A DNA stretch of 64,000 nucleotides. Source: a virus. Taxonomy: Duplodnaviria > Caudoviricetes. The position numbers were made by a program, and so were the translations under genes. Below are positions 1 to 8,710 of this stretch, one piece after another. The stretch lies in the IMG/VR virus record IMGVR_UViG_3300047321_000298, positions 1 to 64,000 of that record; one strand, written 5' to 3'. How positions within the stretch are numbered: the first letter of the stretch is position 1; each line of letters starts with the position of its first letter. Below the pieces are notes generated by a model. The model did not search any database. It was given only the letters and a program-made list of their open reading frames with translations, and was not told the DNA's origin.

Positions 1-1293
1 CTGGGATTCACGCCCGTCACGTCGGTTGATGGGATGAGCGGCGCTGTCACTTTGCCGTTGGCTACGGCTGCTGCTCCTGGACTCATGCAGGTTGGTACCG
101 GCCTGTCAGTTACCAACGGAGTCGTTTCGCTGAGCGCTAGCTCTCTCGTTACATCGGTGTCGGGCCAGACTGGTGACGTTGTTGTGCAGGCGACTAACAA
201 CAATTCAGCAACAGGCGTTTCGCTGATCACTAACAGTGGATCGACTACGGGCAACATCAAGCTGAAAACGATAGTGGCTGGCGCGAACATGACGCTTGCG
301 ACGGATGCGAATGGCAATCTGCAAATCAACGGTACAGCCTCTCCCTACACGCTGCCGGTAGCTACCTCAACAGTCCTTGGGGGTGTGAAGCAAGGGGCTG
401 GTGTGAGTATCGCGGGCGACGGCACCATTTCGGTTTCCGGAGTCGTGACTTCGGTATCGGGGCAGAGCGGGACAGTGACCGTGCAGGCGTCAGATAACAA
501 TGCTGCTACGGGCACGTCACTCATTGCTAACAGCGGAGCGACGACGGCTAACATCAAGCTGAAGACTATCGTTGCGGGCTCCAACATTACGTTGGCGGCT
601 GACGGTAACGGCAACCTGCAAATCAACAGCGCTGCTGCGCCCTACACATTGCCCGTAGCCACCTCATCTGTGTTGGGTGGTGTCAAGCAAGGTGCGAACG
701 TCACCATTGCAGGCGACGGCACTATCAGTGTTGCGGCCTCACCGGTCACGTCTGTAAATGGGCAGACGGGTGCAGTAACTATCCAAGCGGCCGACACGTC
801 AACAGCATCGGGAACAACGCTGATTTCTGACAGCGGTGTGAGTTCAGCAGTCATCAAGCTGCGTCGCATAGTGGCGGGTGCGGGCATCGGCGTAGCTGTG
901 GATGGTAACGGCAACCTTCAGGTTAGTGTGGCCAGCCAGTACTACGACGTGCCACTTGGCATCGCAGGAATTCCGGGTGCCAGCCAGATTGTCGGTCAGT
1001 TCGTCGCAGTGCGAACGATGAACTTCGCATCTAACTTTGTTGGGTCCGCTGGTTTCGCGACAGCTTCCGCCACGGCAAGCACGACATTCACCATCAACCG
1101 TATTCGCTCAGGCGCAACAACGGCAATCGGTACTGTGGTTTATGCAGCCTCAGGCACTGCACCTACGTTCACGACGACGGGCAGCGCAACGCAGCAGCTA
1201 ATAGCCGGTGACGTTCTGCAAGCTGTGGCTCCTGCAACAGCGGATGCGACGTTGGCCAACGCGACATTCACTCTTCTCGCTACGGCGGCTTAA
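1..1293 (+). CDS. Modular fibre protein (5' end runs off the window)
   Basis: Frame is open from base 1 (LGFTPVTSVDGMSG...). Repeated modules LPxATxxxLGGVKxGxGxxIxxDGTISV, VTSVxGQxGxV and ASDNNAATGTSLI..KLKTIVAGSNITLAADGNGNLQIN; distinct ~115 aa C-terminal beta domain. Confidence 0.75.
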   Translation: MGFTPVTSVDGMSGAVTLPLATAAAPGLMQVGTGLSVTNGVVSLSASSLVTSVSGQTGDVVVQATNNNSATGVSLITNSGSTTGNIKLKTIVAGANMTLATDANGNLQINGTASPYTLPVATSTVLGGVKQGAGVSIAGDGTISVSGVVTSVSGQSGTVTVQASDNNAATGTSLIANSGATTANIKLKTIVAGSNITLAADGNGNLQINSAAAPYTLPVATSSVLGGVKQGANVTIAGDGTISVAASPVTSVNGQTGAVTIQAADTSTASGTTLISDSGVSSAVIKLRRIVAGAGIGVAVDGNGNLQVSVASQYYDVPLGIAGIPGASQIVGQFVAVRTMNFASNFVGSAGFATASATASTTFTINRIRSGATTAIGTVVYAASGTAPTFTTTGSATQQLIAGDVLQAVAPATADATLANATFTLLATAA

Positions 1294-1294
1294 T

Positions 1295-2227
1295 ATGTTT
1301 GCAATGAACTCTATGTGGTGGGGATCGGGGAAACCCCCGTTTCCTGCCTATAGCACGGGCGTGGGCATCTTCGGATCGAAGTTTGACGCGATGATGAAAT
1401 ACGCGTTCACCAATAACGCGGTAGCCAATGGCACTGCGTTGGTATCCAACACCTTTGATGCTTCGGGCACTAGCACTTCGTCACTAGCGCTATTTGCGGG
1501 CGGGCAAGATTCAGCGAACACAAAGATCGCAACGTCCTCAGTGTTGACGTTCGCTAGTGATTCGGTTGCTACGGGTGGCAACCTCAGGGTCTCGCGTGCA
1601 CTGCCGAACAGTGTCGGCAACGCAACGATAGGCTACTTCGCAGGCGGTGACATTGGAACGGGCGGCTCATTCACTGGGTCTACGGCCGTTGACATCTACA
1701 CGTATTCCAGTAACACATCAGCCTCAGGGACGGCACTGTCGCTGGGAATCAACGCATCAGCAACTTACGGCACTGCGACTATCGGTTACTTCTCAGGCGG
1801 TCAGGCATCCTCAGCTAGTCCCGCGTGGCAGGGTGCTACACAGAAATACACATACTCGAATAATTCGGCCACAACCGGAACCGCGCTCTCCGCAGTCAAG
1901 TCGTGGTGTGCAGGTATGAGTAACACCAGCCTAGGGATTATTGCGGGTGGTGGTAATTCGACGGGCGCGCTGGCGGTCACTGAGAAATACACCTTCGCTG
2001 GCGACGTTCGCACGCTTGGCACCAATCTTATGCAACCGCAATGGGGCGGAGCCGCTGCCGGAATAGCCTCGCTCGGTGTTGTAGCAGGGGGCGGTGCAAC
2101 TGTAGGCAATGCCGCTGCCAAGACTTCGATCTATACCTATGCCGGTGACACTGTGGTCGGCGGTACTAATCTTCCCGCAGCCATTACTTCCGCAACAGGT
2201 GTTTCGTCTACTCCGGGGCACTTCTAA
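1295..2227 (+). CDS. Kelch-like beta-propeller repeat protein, probable virion/receptor-binding component
   Basis: About six repeats of G(Y/I)FAGG...(T/D)KYTY...GT.L; ATG 1295 directly follows the upstream TAA (ORF-track start 1208 overlaps the previous gene). Confidence 0.6.
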   Translation: MFAMNSMWWGSGKPPFPAYSTGVGIFGSKFDAMMKYAFTNNAVANGTALVSNTFDASGTSTSSLALFAGGQDSANTKIATSSVLTFASDSVATGGNLRVSRALPNSVGNATIGYFAGGDIGTGGSFTGSTAVDIYTYSSNTSASGTALSLGINASATYGTATIGYFSGGQASSASPAWQGATQKYTYSNNSATTGTALSAVKSWCAGMSNTSLGIIAGGGNSTGALAVTEKYTFAGDVRTLGTNLMQPQWGGAAAGIASLGVVAGGGATVGNAAAKTSIYTYAGDTVVGGTNLPAAITSATGVSSTPGHF

Positions 2228-2229
2228 TC

Positions 2230-2856
2230 ATGCACTATAAAACCAATCGACAGAACCATGATTTTCAGTTGGCGTACTTTGTTGCCGGTTCGTGTAAAAC
2301 ACCCGATGCCGCTTGGTCTCTTCTATGCGACCTAAGGGATGATCGACAGGACGCGCTGAACCTGGCGAAGGCGGATTCGTTGCGCACAGAAGCAAAGCGC
2401 ATGCGTGCGCAAGCGATAGTGGACAGGGATGGTGTGACTGAAGCGGACAAGCTCGAAGCGCAAGCTGAATTGCTGGAAATTAACGGGTCGGCACAAACGA
2501 CGCAGAAGAACATAGCGGCTGCTGAAGCCGAGCTTGCAATGATTCACAAGTTGCAGGAGCGTCTGCAACCGCTGCGTAAGTATGCACACCTTCCGGACGC
2601 AGAAGCGCACGAGGCAGCGCAGGCTGAGGAATGGAAGCTCGAACTGATGTATCGAGCCGAGAATTTCATGTTGATGCAGGGTTCCATACCGGTGGATCAG
2701 TTCGACACCATGCGTATGCACCCAGCGTTCACGACGGAGATTCTGCCGTTCCTGAACGAAATCCGTGCGCAGCTAGTTAATGTTCAAGGCGATCTGACGA
2801 AGCTCAAGTTTCTGACGCCAGCACTCGATATTCCGAAGCTGCTAGGCCACGCCTGA
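2230..2856 (+). CDS. Hypothetical alpha-helical/coiled-coil protein coupled to the propeller gene
   Basis: 208 aa ORF, 2 nt after the previous stop; A/E/L/Q-rich heptad-like sequence. Confidence 0.6.
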   Translation: MHYKTNRQNHDFQLAYFVAGSCKTPDAAWSLLCDLRDDRQDALNLAKADSLRTEAKRMRAQAIVDRDGVTEADKLEAQAELLEINGSAQTTQKNIAAAEAELAMIHKLQERLQPLRKYAHLPDAEAHEAAQAEEWKLELMYRAENFMLMQGSIPVDQFDTMRMHPAFTTEILPFLNEIRAQLVNVQGDLTKLKFLTPALDIPKLLGHA

Positions 2857-2877
2857 ACAATCTAAAGGGGAATAATT

Positions 2878-5292
2878 TTGCTCGTTCAAATCACGAACGC
2901 GGGCGCAGCTTTGCTCGCAGCAAACTCAGGACCGATTGAACTGTCAACGTTCAAGCTGGGTTCTGCATACGGGTATATCCCGGAATCAACAGACACGGAT
3001 ATTCACGGTACGCTCGTCAATACCGGTGCCCCTTCATCGTTCCAGGTGATTAACGCGAATGTCTTCAAATATTCCGTTTATCTGGATTACGATCTTGGAC
3101 CGTTTCAGTTTGGTGAGCTTGGACTCTTCACGACGGACGGTGTGCTGTTTGCGCTGGGTTCAAACTCGGTGCTCCTGAACAAGCAACCTGAATCGGCTGG
3201 TGTGTTTTCGGGTAACTCGATTCGTCTCGATATCTATCTGTCGATTGTTGGTCAGAATTACGCGATGTGGTTGGACTATGCATCGTCATCCAACAATTTT
3301 CAGATGGCAGTCTTGCAATCAGTGGACAGCTTGCCGCCACCGCAGAGTGCTACACCCAACGCCTACATCATCACGGGCGCGTCTTCGAGTCAGTCATCGT
3401 TTATGGCGTACACGTCGCAGACGGGACTCTGGAATTTCGACTGCTATCAGTACGCTAATCAGGCGGCTGCGACGGTCACGGCATTCACTCCGAATTCGAT
3501 CACGATTTCGCAATCTCAGTATGTGCCGGGAATGTCACCAGCGTATCCGGGTGCGACGATCATCGAGTTTTCGAGCGGTGCGCTGTACGGGATTTGTCGC
3601 TACGTAGCGAACGTGACGTTGAGCGGCGGTAACGCAGTGCTCACGTTCGATACCCCGCTGATGTTGACACCGAAAGTAGGGGACACGGTACTAGCGTTCG
3701 GGCGTCAGGCGCTGAGCACCACAATCCCTAACCTTCCGATTGCAACAACGTCATCGCTTGGTGCCGTGGTTGTTGGGGATACGCTGACGGTCACTTCAGG
3801 AGGTCTGCTGAACGTTAAGCCTACCTCTTATCCAGTGCTGTCGGTGAACGGTATGACGGGTGACGTTGTGCTGCACGCCACCGACATTTCGGGCTTGGCG
3901 ACTGTCGCAACGACCGGTTTGTATTCATCGCTTATCGGAACCCCGACTCCGTACGCGTTGCCGGTCGCGACATCGTCAACGCTCGGAGGTGTAAAGGCTT
4001 CTGCGGATGGCAACCTGACGATTGGCCCCACCGGGATCATCGATCTTGGGTTCTCGCCCGTCAAGACTGTGAACGGCGGGTCTCCGGACGCGGCCGGAAA
4101 TGTGGCGGTCGTGTTACCCGCTCCCGTGGGACTCGTTAACCCAACGGCCATTGATGCAGGCACCGACTTCAACACACTGAAAACGTGCGGCTTGTACTTC
4201 GGTCTGGATGCGAACGCTGCATCGTTTGTGAATGCGCCTTCGACAGCGGCCGGAGGCACGCTGGACATCGAGCCGTTCACAACATCCGCAACTGGCGGTG
4301 ACGTGATTCAGCGTTACCAGATGTCCAATGCGCTGTTTTTCCGGCGCTACACGCAAGCGTCAAACACGTGGTCAACCTGGACTCAGGTGTCAACGAGTTC
4401 TGCGCTTCCGATTGCGTCAGCTTCGACACTGGGCGGTGTCATGGTTGGAGCAGGGCTGTCTGTTACAGGGGCGGGTGTGCTCTCGGCAAATGTTAAGAGC
4501 GTCAACGGACAAACAGGAATCGTGGTGTTGGACGCGAGTTCAGTCGGTGCTCTTCCTTCAGATGTTGTGAACATTCCGGGCGGAGTGCCCTCGCTCGATA
4601 TCAATACCGGGACTTCAAACCCCGATACCGACGCATACACGTATGGCCGGTTGCCGTTCTATCAGAACACCTTGGGCGACTGGTTCAACGCAGGGAAGTG
4701 GGATGCGTCAGCGAACCACGTGATCCAGTCACACACGGGCAACACGACAGCGGACACGAATACGTCACTGGCTTCCGGTGGACTGCAGACGATTGACATA
4801 TCGTACAACGGCAAGGGTGTTACGGGTCTTTCCAATCCATCCTACGAGGCGGTCAACGCTGAGGGCATGGTCTATGAGGTGAGCGTCGCTGGAACCACAG
4901 CGCTGGATGGAATTAGCACGTGGAATGTGGGCGATTTGGTGGTGTGCATAAACGGCGCGTGGACCCGGATTCAGTCGGGCGCGGCTGCAAATTCGCTGAC
5001 ATCGAATAGCAGTTGGTATCGCACGAACCCGGACGGAACCTTGGAGATTGGCGGTCACCATGTAATGACGGCGGGTAGTACGACGACGACCATAACGCTG
5101 CCTGTCACTATCGGTACCTATCTCAGCGGCTTGGTCACGGATATAGGCACGTCATGTTTCTCTGGAGGAATTGCGCCACTCAGTTCGACGCAAATCACGC
5201 TTTACGCACCTGCGTACTGGCTGGATAACACAGGGACTGCCGTTGCCCGTGGCGACTTCGATATGCAATGGCGCATCCTGGCTAAACCTTAA
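2878..5292 (+). CDS. Baseplate-anchored tail fibre protein
   Basis: N-terminal ITNAG..GSAYGY..GPFQFGELGLF anchor (P2 gpH/DUF3751-like), LPxAT..LGGV repeats, central DFNTLKTCGLY knob-like motif, C-terminal WYRTNPDGTLEIGG (gp53-like tip). Confidence 0.85.
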   Translation: MLVQITNAGAALLAANSGPIELSTFKLGSAYGYIPESTDTDIHGTLVNTGAPSSFQVINANVFKYSVYLDYDLGPFQFGELGLFTTDGVLFALGSNSVLLNKQPESAGVFSGNSIRLDIYLSIVGQNYAMWLDYASSSNNFQMAVLQSVDSLPPPQSATPNAYIITGASSSQSSFMAYTSQTGLWNFDCYQYANQAAATVTAFTPNSITISQSQYVPGMSPAYPGATIIEFSSGALYGICRYVANVTLSGGNAVLTFDTPLMLTPKVGDTVLAFGRQALSTTIPNLPIATTSSLGAVVVGDTLTVTSGGLLNVKPTSYPVLSVNGMTGDVVLHATDISGLATVATTGLYSSLIGTPTPYALPVATSSTLGGVKASADGNLTIGPTGIIDLGFSPVKTVNGGSPDAAGNVAVVLPAPVGLVNPTAIDAGTDFNTLKTCGLYFGLDANAASFVNAPSTAAGGTLDIEPFTTSATGGDVIQRYQMSNALFFRRYTQASNTWSTWTQVSTSSALPIASASTLGGVMVGAGLSVTGAGVLSANVKSVNGQTGIVVLDASSVGALPSDVVNIPGGVPSLDINTGTSNPDTDAYTYGRLPFYQNTLGDWFNAGKWDASANHVIQSHTGNTTADTNTSLASGGLQTIDISYNGKGVTGLSNPSYEAVNAEGMVYEVSVAGTTALDGISTWNVGDLVVCINGAWTRIQSGAAANSLTSNSSWYRTNPDGTLEIGGHHVMTAGSTTTTITLPVTIGTYLSGLVTDIGTSCFSGGIAPLSSTQITLYAPAYWLDNTGTAVARGDFDMQWRILAKP

Positions 5293-5310
5293 TTCAAAAC
5301 GGGGATTGAG

Positions 5311-5679
5311 ATGAGCAGACTGAAGTTGATAGCGCTGTGGTTTCTGGTCACGCTGTTCATGCCACTGTTCAGTGTTGTCATGCTGATCCAAGCGGTAGTC
5401 GGATCGCAGAGCAGAGCCAAAAATATGGCGTTAGCTCAAGACGAATGTGGAAACTCGATGTTCGGGGGACCTTCAACACAGACGATGTCCTCGCGAGTTG
5501 GGGACGGTCTGATAGAAGGTAAAAGGTGGGCCAAGATCGTCGGTCCTGTTATCGATTTTTTATTCGGAGCCGGACATTGTTTGTCGAACGTCGATCTTGG
5601 GGCCGGTCTACTGACTGCGGCACAGATGTCGGAAGTAGATGCAGCAGATAAAGAGCAGGGACTCCCCGCTCAATACTAA
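5311..5679 (+). CDS. Hypothetical phage protein with N-terminal hydrophobic segment
   Basis: SD GGGG/GAG; motif ALAQDECGNSMFGG..QTMSSRVG resembles small tail-fibre-linked phage proteins. Confidence 0.55.
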   Translation: MSRLKLIALWFLVTLFMPLFSVVMLIQAVVGSQSRAKNMALAQDECGNSMFGGPSTQTMSSRVGDGLIEGKRWAKIVGPVIDFLFGAGHCLSNVDLGAGLLTAAQMSEVDAADKEQGLPAQY

Positions 5680-5684
5680 AAACG

Positions 5685-5723
5685 AAGGCCCCAAGCAATC
5701 CTCTGCTTGGGGCCTTTGTCTTT
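5685..5723. terminator. Bidirectional intrinsic terminator
   Basis: 13-bp stem AAGGCCCCAAGCA/TGCTTGGGGCCTT with A-run before and T-run after, between convergent genes. Confidence 0.85.
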
Positions 5724-6636
5724 AACGAAAGAGTCCTTTGGTCTTCGGGTACATGACGCTGTGCAGATCGTGGTAAGGGCCGGGGAGTGAAATTACCGGC
5801 TTCTCCTTGTACAGCTTCCACTCATCTACGTCTGAGGGCGGTGCGCACGTATCCACAAGTTGCACGAGCTTGCGATTGCGGCGGAATAGTTCGAGATTCT
5901 CTTGAATGAATCTGCGCTCCTTGCCGGTCGATTGCTTATACCAAGCCTGCAGCGTGCCGTGCTCTTCAAGCAGCTTCTTTGCAGTTACAGGGCCGTAGCC
6001 CTTGATCGCAGGTATCGAGTCGCCCTTGTCGCCTATCAGCGTCTGGTAGTCCACCATCTGATCGACTCTGACGCCCTTGCGCGCTTCCGCGTCAGCCACC
6101 GTAATGAATCGCGGAGCCGCTTCTTTGGTCTGGGGGTCCTTGTACGAAGAGTCGTATAGCGAAACGTATTCGGTCAGGTACTGGTATGCATCCTTGTCGG
6201 AGGTTCCGCAGATGACTCTGTATCTGTCTCCGTACTTGCGGGCTATCGAACACAGTACGTCGTCCGCTTCGTATTTCTTCGGTTGGTAGAAGCCCATACC
6301 GATTTGCGAGAACAGTTGGTAAATGGGATCAAGGAAATCGTACACGTCGAGTTCCGATGCCGAACTGCTGTATCCATTGTCCACCGGCTCCGCGTGAGCC
6401 TTTCCTTTGCGCTCGCCCTTGTATAGCGGATAAACCTTGTACCGGAAAACGTCTGGGCCGTCGAACGCGCAGCACACGTAGTTTGCACGTACCGCCAACG
6501 CGTCCTTGCAGATCATGCTCAACAGGCGGTAGGGAATGACTTCGGTCAACGGCCGGTTGGTCTTGGTCGTGAAGAAAATTCGGTGCAGATACCACGGACC
6601 GTCAGGGACAAAAATCGTCTCTCGTTTGCTTCTCAT
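5722..6636 (-). CDS. 5'-3' exonuclease / flap endonuclease (T5 exonuclease, T4 RNase H, PolI N-terminal family)
   Basis: Motifs PDG, AFD, YKGER, EADDVL, SDKD and H3TH LIGDKGDSIPAIKGYGPVTAKKLL. Confidence 0.92.
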   Translation of the reverse strand: MRSKRETIFVPDGPWYLHRIFFTTKTNRPLTEVIPYRLLSMICKDALAVRANYVCCAFDGPDVFRYKVYPLYKGERKGKAHAEPVDNGYSSSASELDVYDFLDPIYQLFSQIGMGFYQPKKYEADDVLCSIARKYGDRYRVICGTSDKDAYQYLTEYVSLYDSSYKDPQTKEAAPRFITVADAEARKGVRVDQMVDYQTLIGDKGDSIPAIKGYGPVTAKKLLEEHGTLQAWYKQSTGKERRFIQENLELFRRNRKLVQLVDTCAPPSDVDEWKLYKEKPVISLPGPYHDLHSVMYPKTKGLFR

Positions 6637-6920
6637 TGCTCACCATGAAATGTGGATTCAACCACGATCTTGACGTGGGTGGTCGTCGCGTAGTCGGATT
6701 CGTCGGCTGTGTGGGCGTCGATAGCGCGCACCCGAAGATATGGATGAAACCTGGACTGGACCTCTGCCTGAAGCGCAGGGATCAGTTCTGCGTAGTCGTC
6801 GGCCGCGATGCCCGCTCCGCTCTGCTTCAGGAACGCGTGCATGAACAACAGAACTTCGCGTTCGTTTTCAACAATCGCACGTGATGCGCGCTGCGACGAA
6901 AGACCTAAAAGCTTCTGCAT
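6633..6920 (-). CDS. Hypothetical protein
   Basis: 95 aa ORF with SD GGGGG and 4-nt overlap into the exonuclease gene. Confidence 0.55.
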   Translation of the reverse strand: MQKLLGLSSQRASRAIVENEREVLLFMHAFLKQSGAGIAADDYAELIPALQAEVQSRFHPYLRVRAIDAHTADESDYATTTHVKIVVESTFHGEQ

Positions 6921-7022
6921 AGGTACACCCCCAATTCTTTATTTACTGCACACCGTGAAATTGCTGTGTGCAATGCATCGGGCATCAATTTCATCTCGGT
7001 AGTTCAGAAAAACGGAGCCTCT

Positions 7023-7430
7023 ATGCAGTTTGACCAAAAAGACCCATTTGGGTACCCGCTTGGCACCTATCTATGGGTGTTTGGGGTCGCGCTAATCGGG
7101 GGCGCAGTCAAGTACTTGAATCACAGTTCGAAATTCTCGTTCTATATCTTGTTTCGCGATCTTGTCACCGCGTGCTTCGCTGGGCTCTTGACCTTCTGGC
7201 TTTGCGAGTGGACCAACATCAACGGCCCGTTGTCCGCTGTGCTTATCTCGATAGCCGGATTGATGGGCACGCGTGCCTTGAGGGAAATCGAAAATCTGTA
7301 TCGGTTACGCATGGGTCTTCCTCCGGAATCTGACGAGGAACGGGAGCATCCCCAGAAGGTGGAAATTGACTTGAGGGTCAACGGGGATGTTCAACAACGT
7401 CAAGGACGCACGGAGCACGAAGGGGATTAA
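7023..7430 (+). CDS. Holin
   Basis: SD GGAG before ATG 7023; three hydrophobic segments, LISIAGLMGTRAL motif and charged C-tail; upstream of the endolysin. Confidence 0.75.
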   Translation: MQFDQKDPFGYPLGTYLWVFGVALIGGAVKYLNHSSKFSFYILFRDLVTACFAGLLTFWLCEWTNINGPLSAVLISIAGLMGTRALREIENLYRLRMGLPPESDEEREHPQKVEIDLRVNGDVQQRQGRTEHEGD

Positions 7431-7432
7431 AA

Positions 7433-7894
7433 GTGATTCTGACCAAAGAACATCTTTCGCTCAGGAGTATCCGGCGCGCTGCCGATCATTTTCTGGCTTT
7501 GTCCTCGCCGTTTGTCCTGGCAGCTTTAGTTGGTGTTGGGGGCGTGTGGTCGATGGAACGTGCGCCCGCGCAGACCATTGTCGATACGTCTACCTACTTC
7601 CAGGTTCGGGCGGGGCAGAGCCTGAACCTGGATGTCCCAGTGATCGTTCAGACGCAGGCACAGCGTGAGATGTATCGCACGTGGTTGACCGACGCGTCTG
7701 GGAACGTGGCCTACCGGTTCCCAGATCAAATGGTTCAGGACACAACGCGTCTGGACCTATCCAAACGACAGCTAACTGTTCCTACGTTCATCAAGAGCGG
7801 TGTGTACGTACTGCACGTAGAAGTGATCTATCCGTTCAATCCATTGAAGAACGGAACGATCCTGATGAGCGTTGCGACGCTGTACATAGATTGA
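7433..7894 (+). CDS. Membrane-anchored protein of the lysis cassette, function unknown
   Basis: GTG start; one N-terminal hydrophobic stretch followed by a beta-rich domain; between holin and endolysin. Confidence 0.5.
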   Translation: MILTKEHLSLRSIRRAADHFLALSSPFVLAALVGVGGVWSMERAPAQTIVDTSTYFQVRAGQSLNLDVPVIVQTQAQREMYRTWLTDASGNVAYRFPDQMVQDTTRLDLSKRQLTVPTFIKSGVYVLHVEVIYPFNPLKNGTILMSVATLYID

Positions 7895-7902
7895 GTATAG
7901 AA

Positions 7903-8595
7903 ATGTCTACACCATCGAGCTATTCCATAAAAGCGGCTCAGCTTTCCGCATTCTGCCCGGCACTTCCACAAGCAACAGTATCGATCCTTGTTGATTCGAT
8001 TAACGCGGCAATGGCGCGCTTCCAGATTGATCAGAGTCCGCGCCGGGTGCGTTATTTCATGGCACAGACGTGTTTTGAAACGGCGAGATACACCTCGTTT
8101 TCAGAAAACCTGATGTACACAACGGCTCAGCGACTGGTTGCGGTTTGGCCTACGCGGTTCACATTGCAGGCACCGCTTCAGCCGAGCGTTAGCTATGTCC
8201 AAACGGGCCTGGCCTACGCCCCGAACTACATAAACAACCCGGAAGCGTTAGCGAACCTCGTGTACGCGAATCGCATGGGTAACGGGGGTGTTGAGTCGGG
8301 TGACGGTTGGCTGTTTCATGGCCGGGGTGCCATCCAGCTAACCGGACGCGCTGCGTATGCAGCTTATGACAAGGCGGTGTACGGCGATGGCCGCATTCTT
8401 GCCAACCCGAATCTCGTATCAAACATCAAAGACGCAATGCTATCCGCTGCGTGGTTCTGGGGTTCCAACGGACTCAATGCGCAGGCGGATGCCGATGCGT
8501 TCACGCGCGCCACGCAAATCATCAATGGTTCGACGGTCACCGTTGCTCAGCGACTTGCTGTCTTGAATCTCGCGAATTCGACATTCGTCTGGTGA
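7903..8595 (+). CDS. Endolysin, glycoside hydrolase family 19
   Basis: RVRYFMAQTCFET..ENLMY, YANRMGNG, DGWLFHGRGAIQLTGR, SAAWFW are GH19 phage lysin motifs; ATG at 7903. Confidence 0.92.
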   Translation: MSTPSSYSIKAAQLSAFCPALPQATVSILVDSINAAMARFQIDQSPRRVRYFMAQTCFETARYTSFSENLMYTTAQRLVAVWPTRFTLQAPLQPSVSYVQTGLAYAPNYINNPEALANLVYANRMGNGGVESGDGWLFHGRGAIQLTGRAAYAAYDKAVYGDGRILANPNLVSNIKDAMLSAAWFWGSNGLNAQADADAFTRATQIINGSTVTVAQRLAVLNLANSTFVW

Positions 8596-8613
8596 GGAAC
8601 GCGCTTGATTTAC

Positions 8614-8670
8614 CCAAGTTACTCGAATCGAGATGATTCGCGACCCCACGTCGGAGAGTAAGTAACTTGG
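8614..8670. ncRNA. Candidate three-way-junction structured element
   Basis: CCAAGTTACT/AGTAACTTGG 10-bp closing stem enclosing CGAATC/GATTCG and CGAC/GTCG hairpins; intergenic; no U-tract. Confidence 0.35.
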
Positions 8671-8710
8671 TCTCCACCAAATAAATACTGGCGCGATAAG
8701 AGGCAACCTA

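Noticed and set aside
5849-5857. Isolated DnaA-box-like GTATCCACA
   Set aside because: Single 8/9 match inside the exonuclease CDS; expected by chance.
8614-8670. Hammerhead ribozyme
   Set aside because: Three-way topology but the conserved core (CUGAUGA, GAAA, NUH) is absent on both strands.
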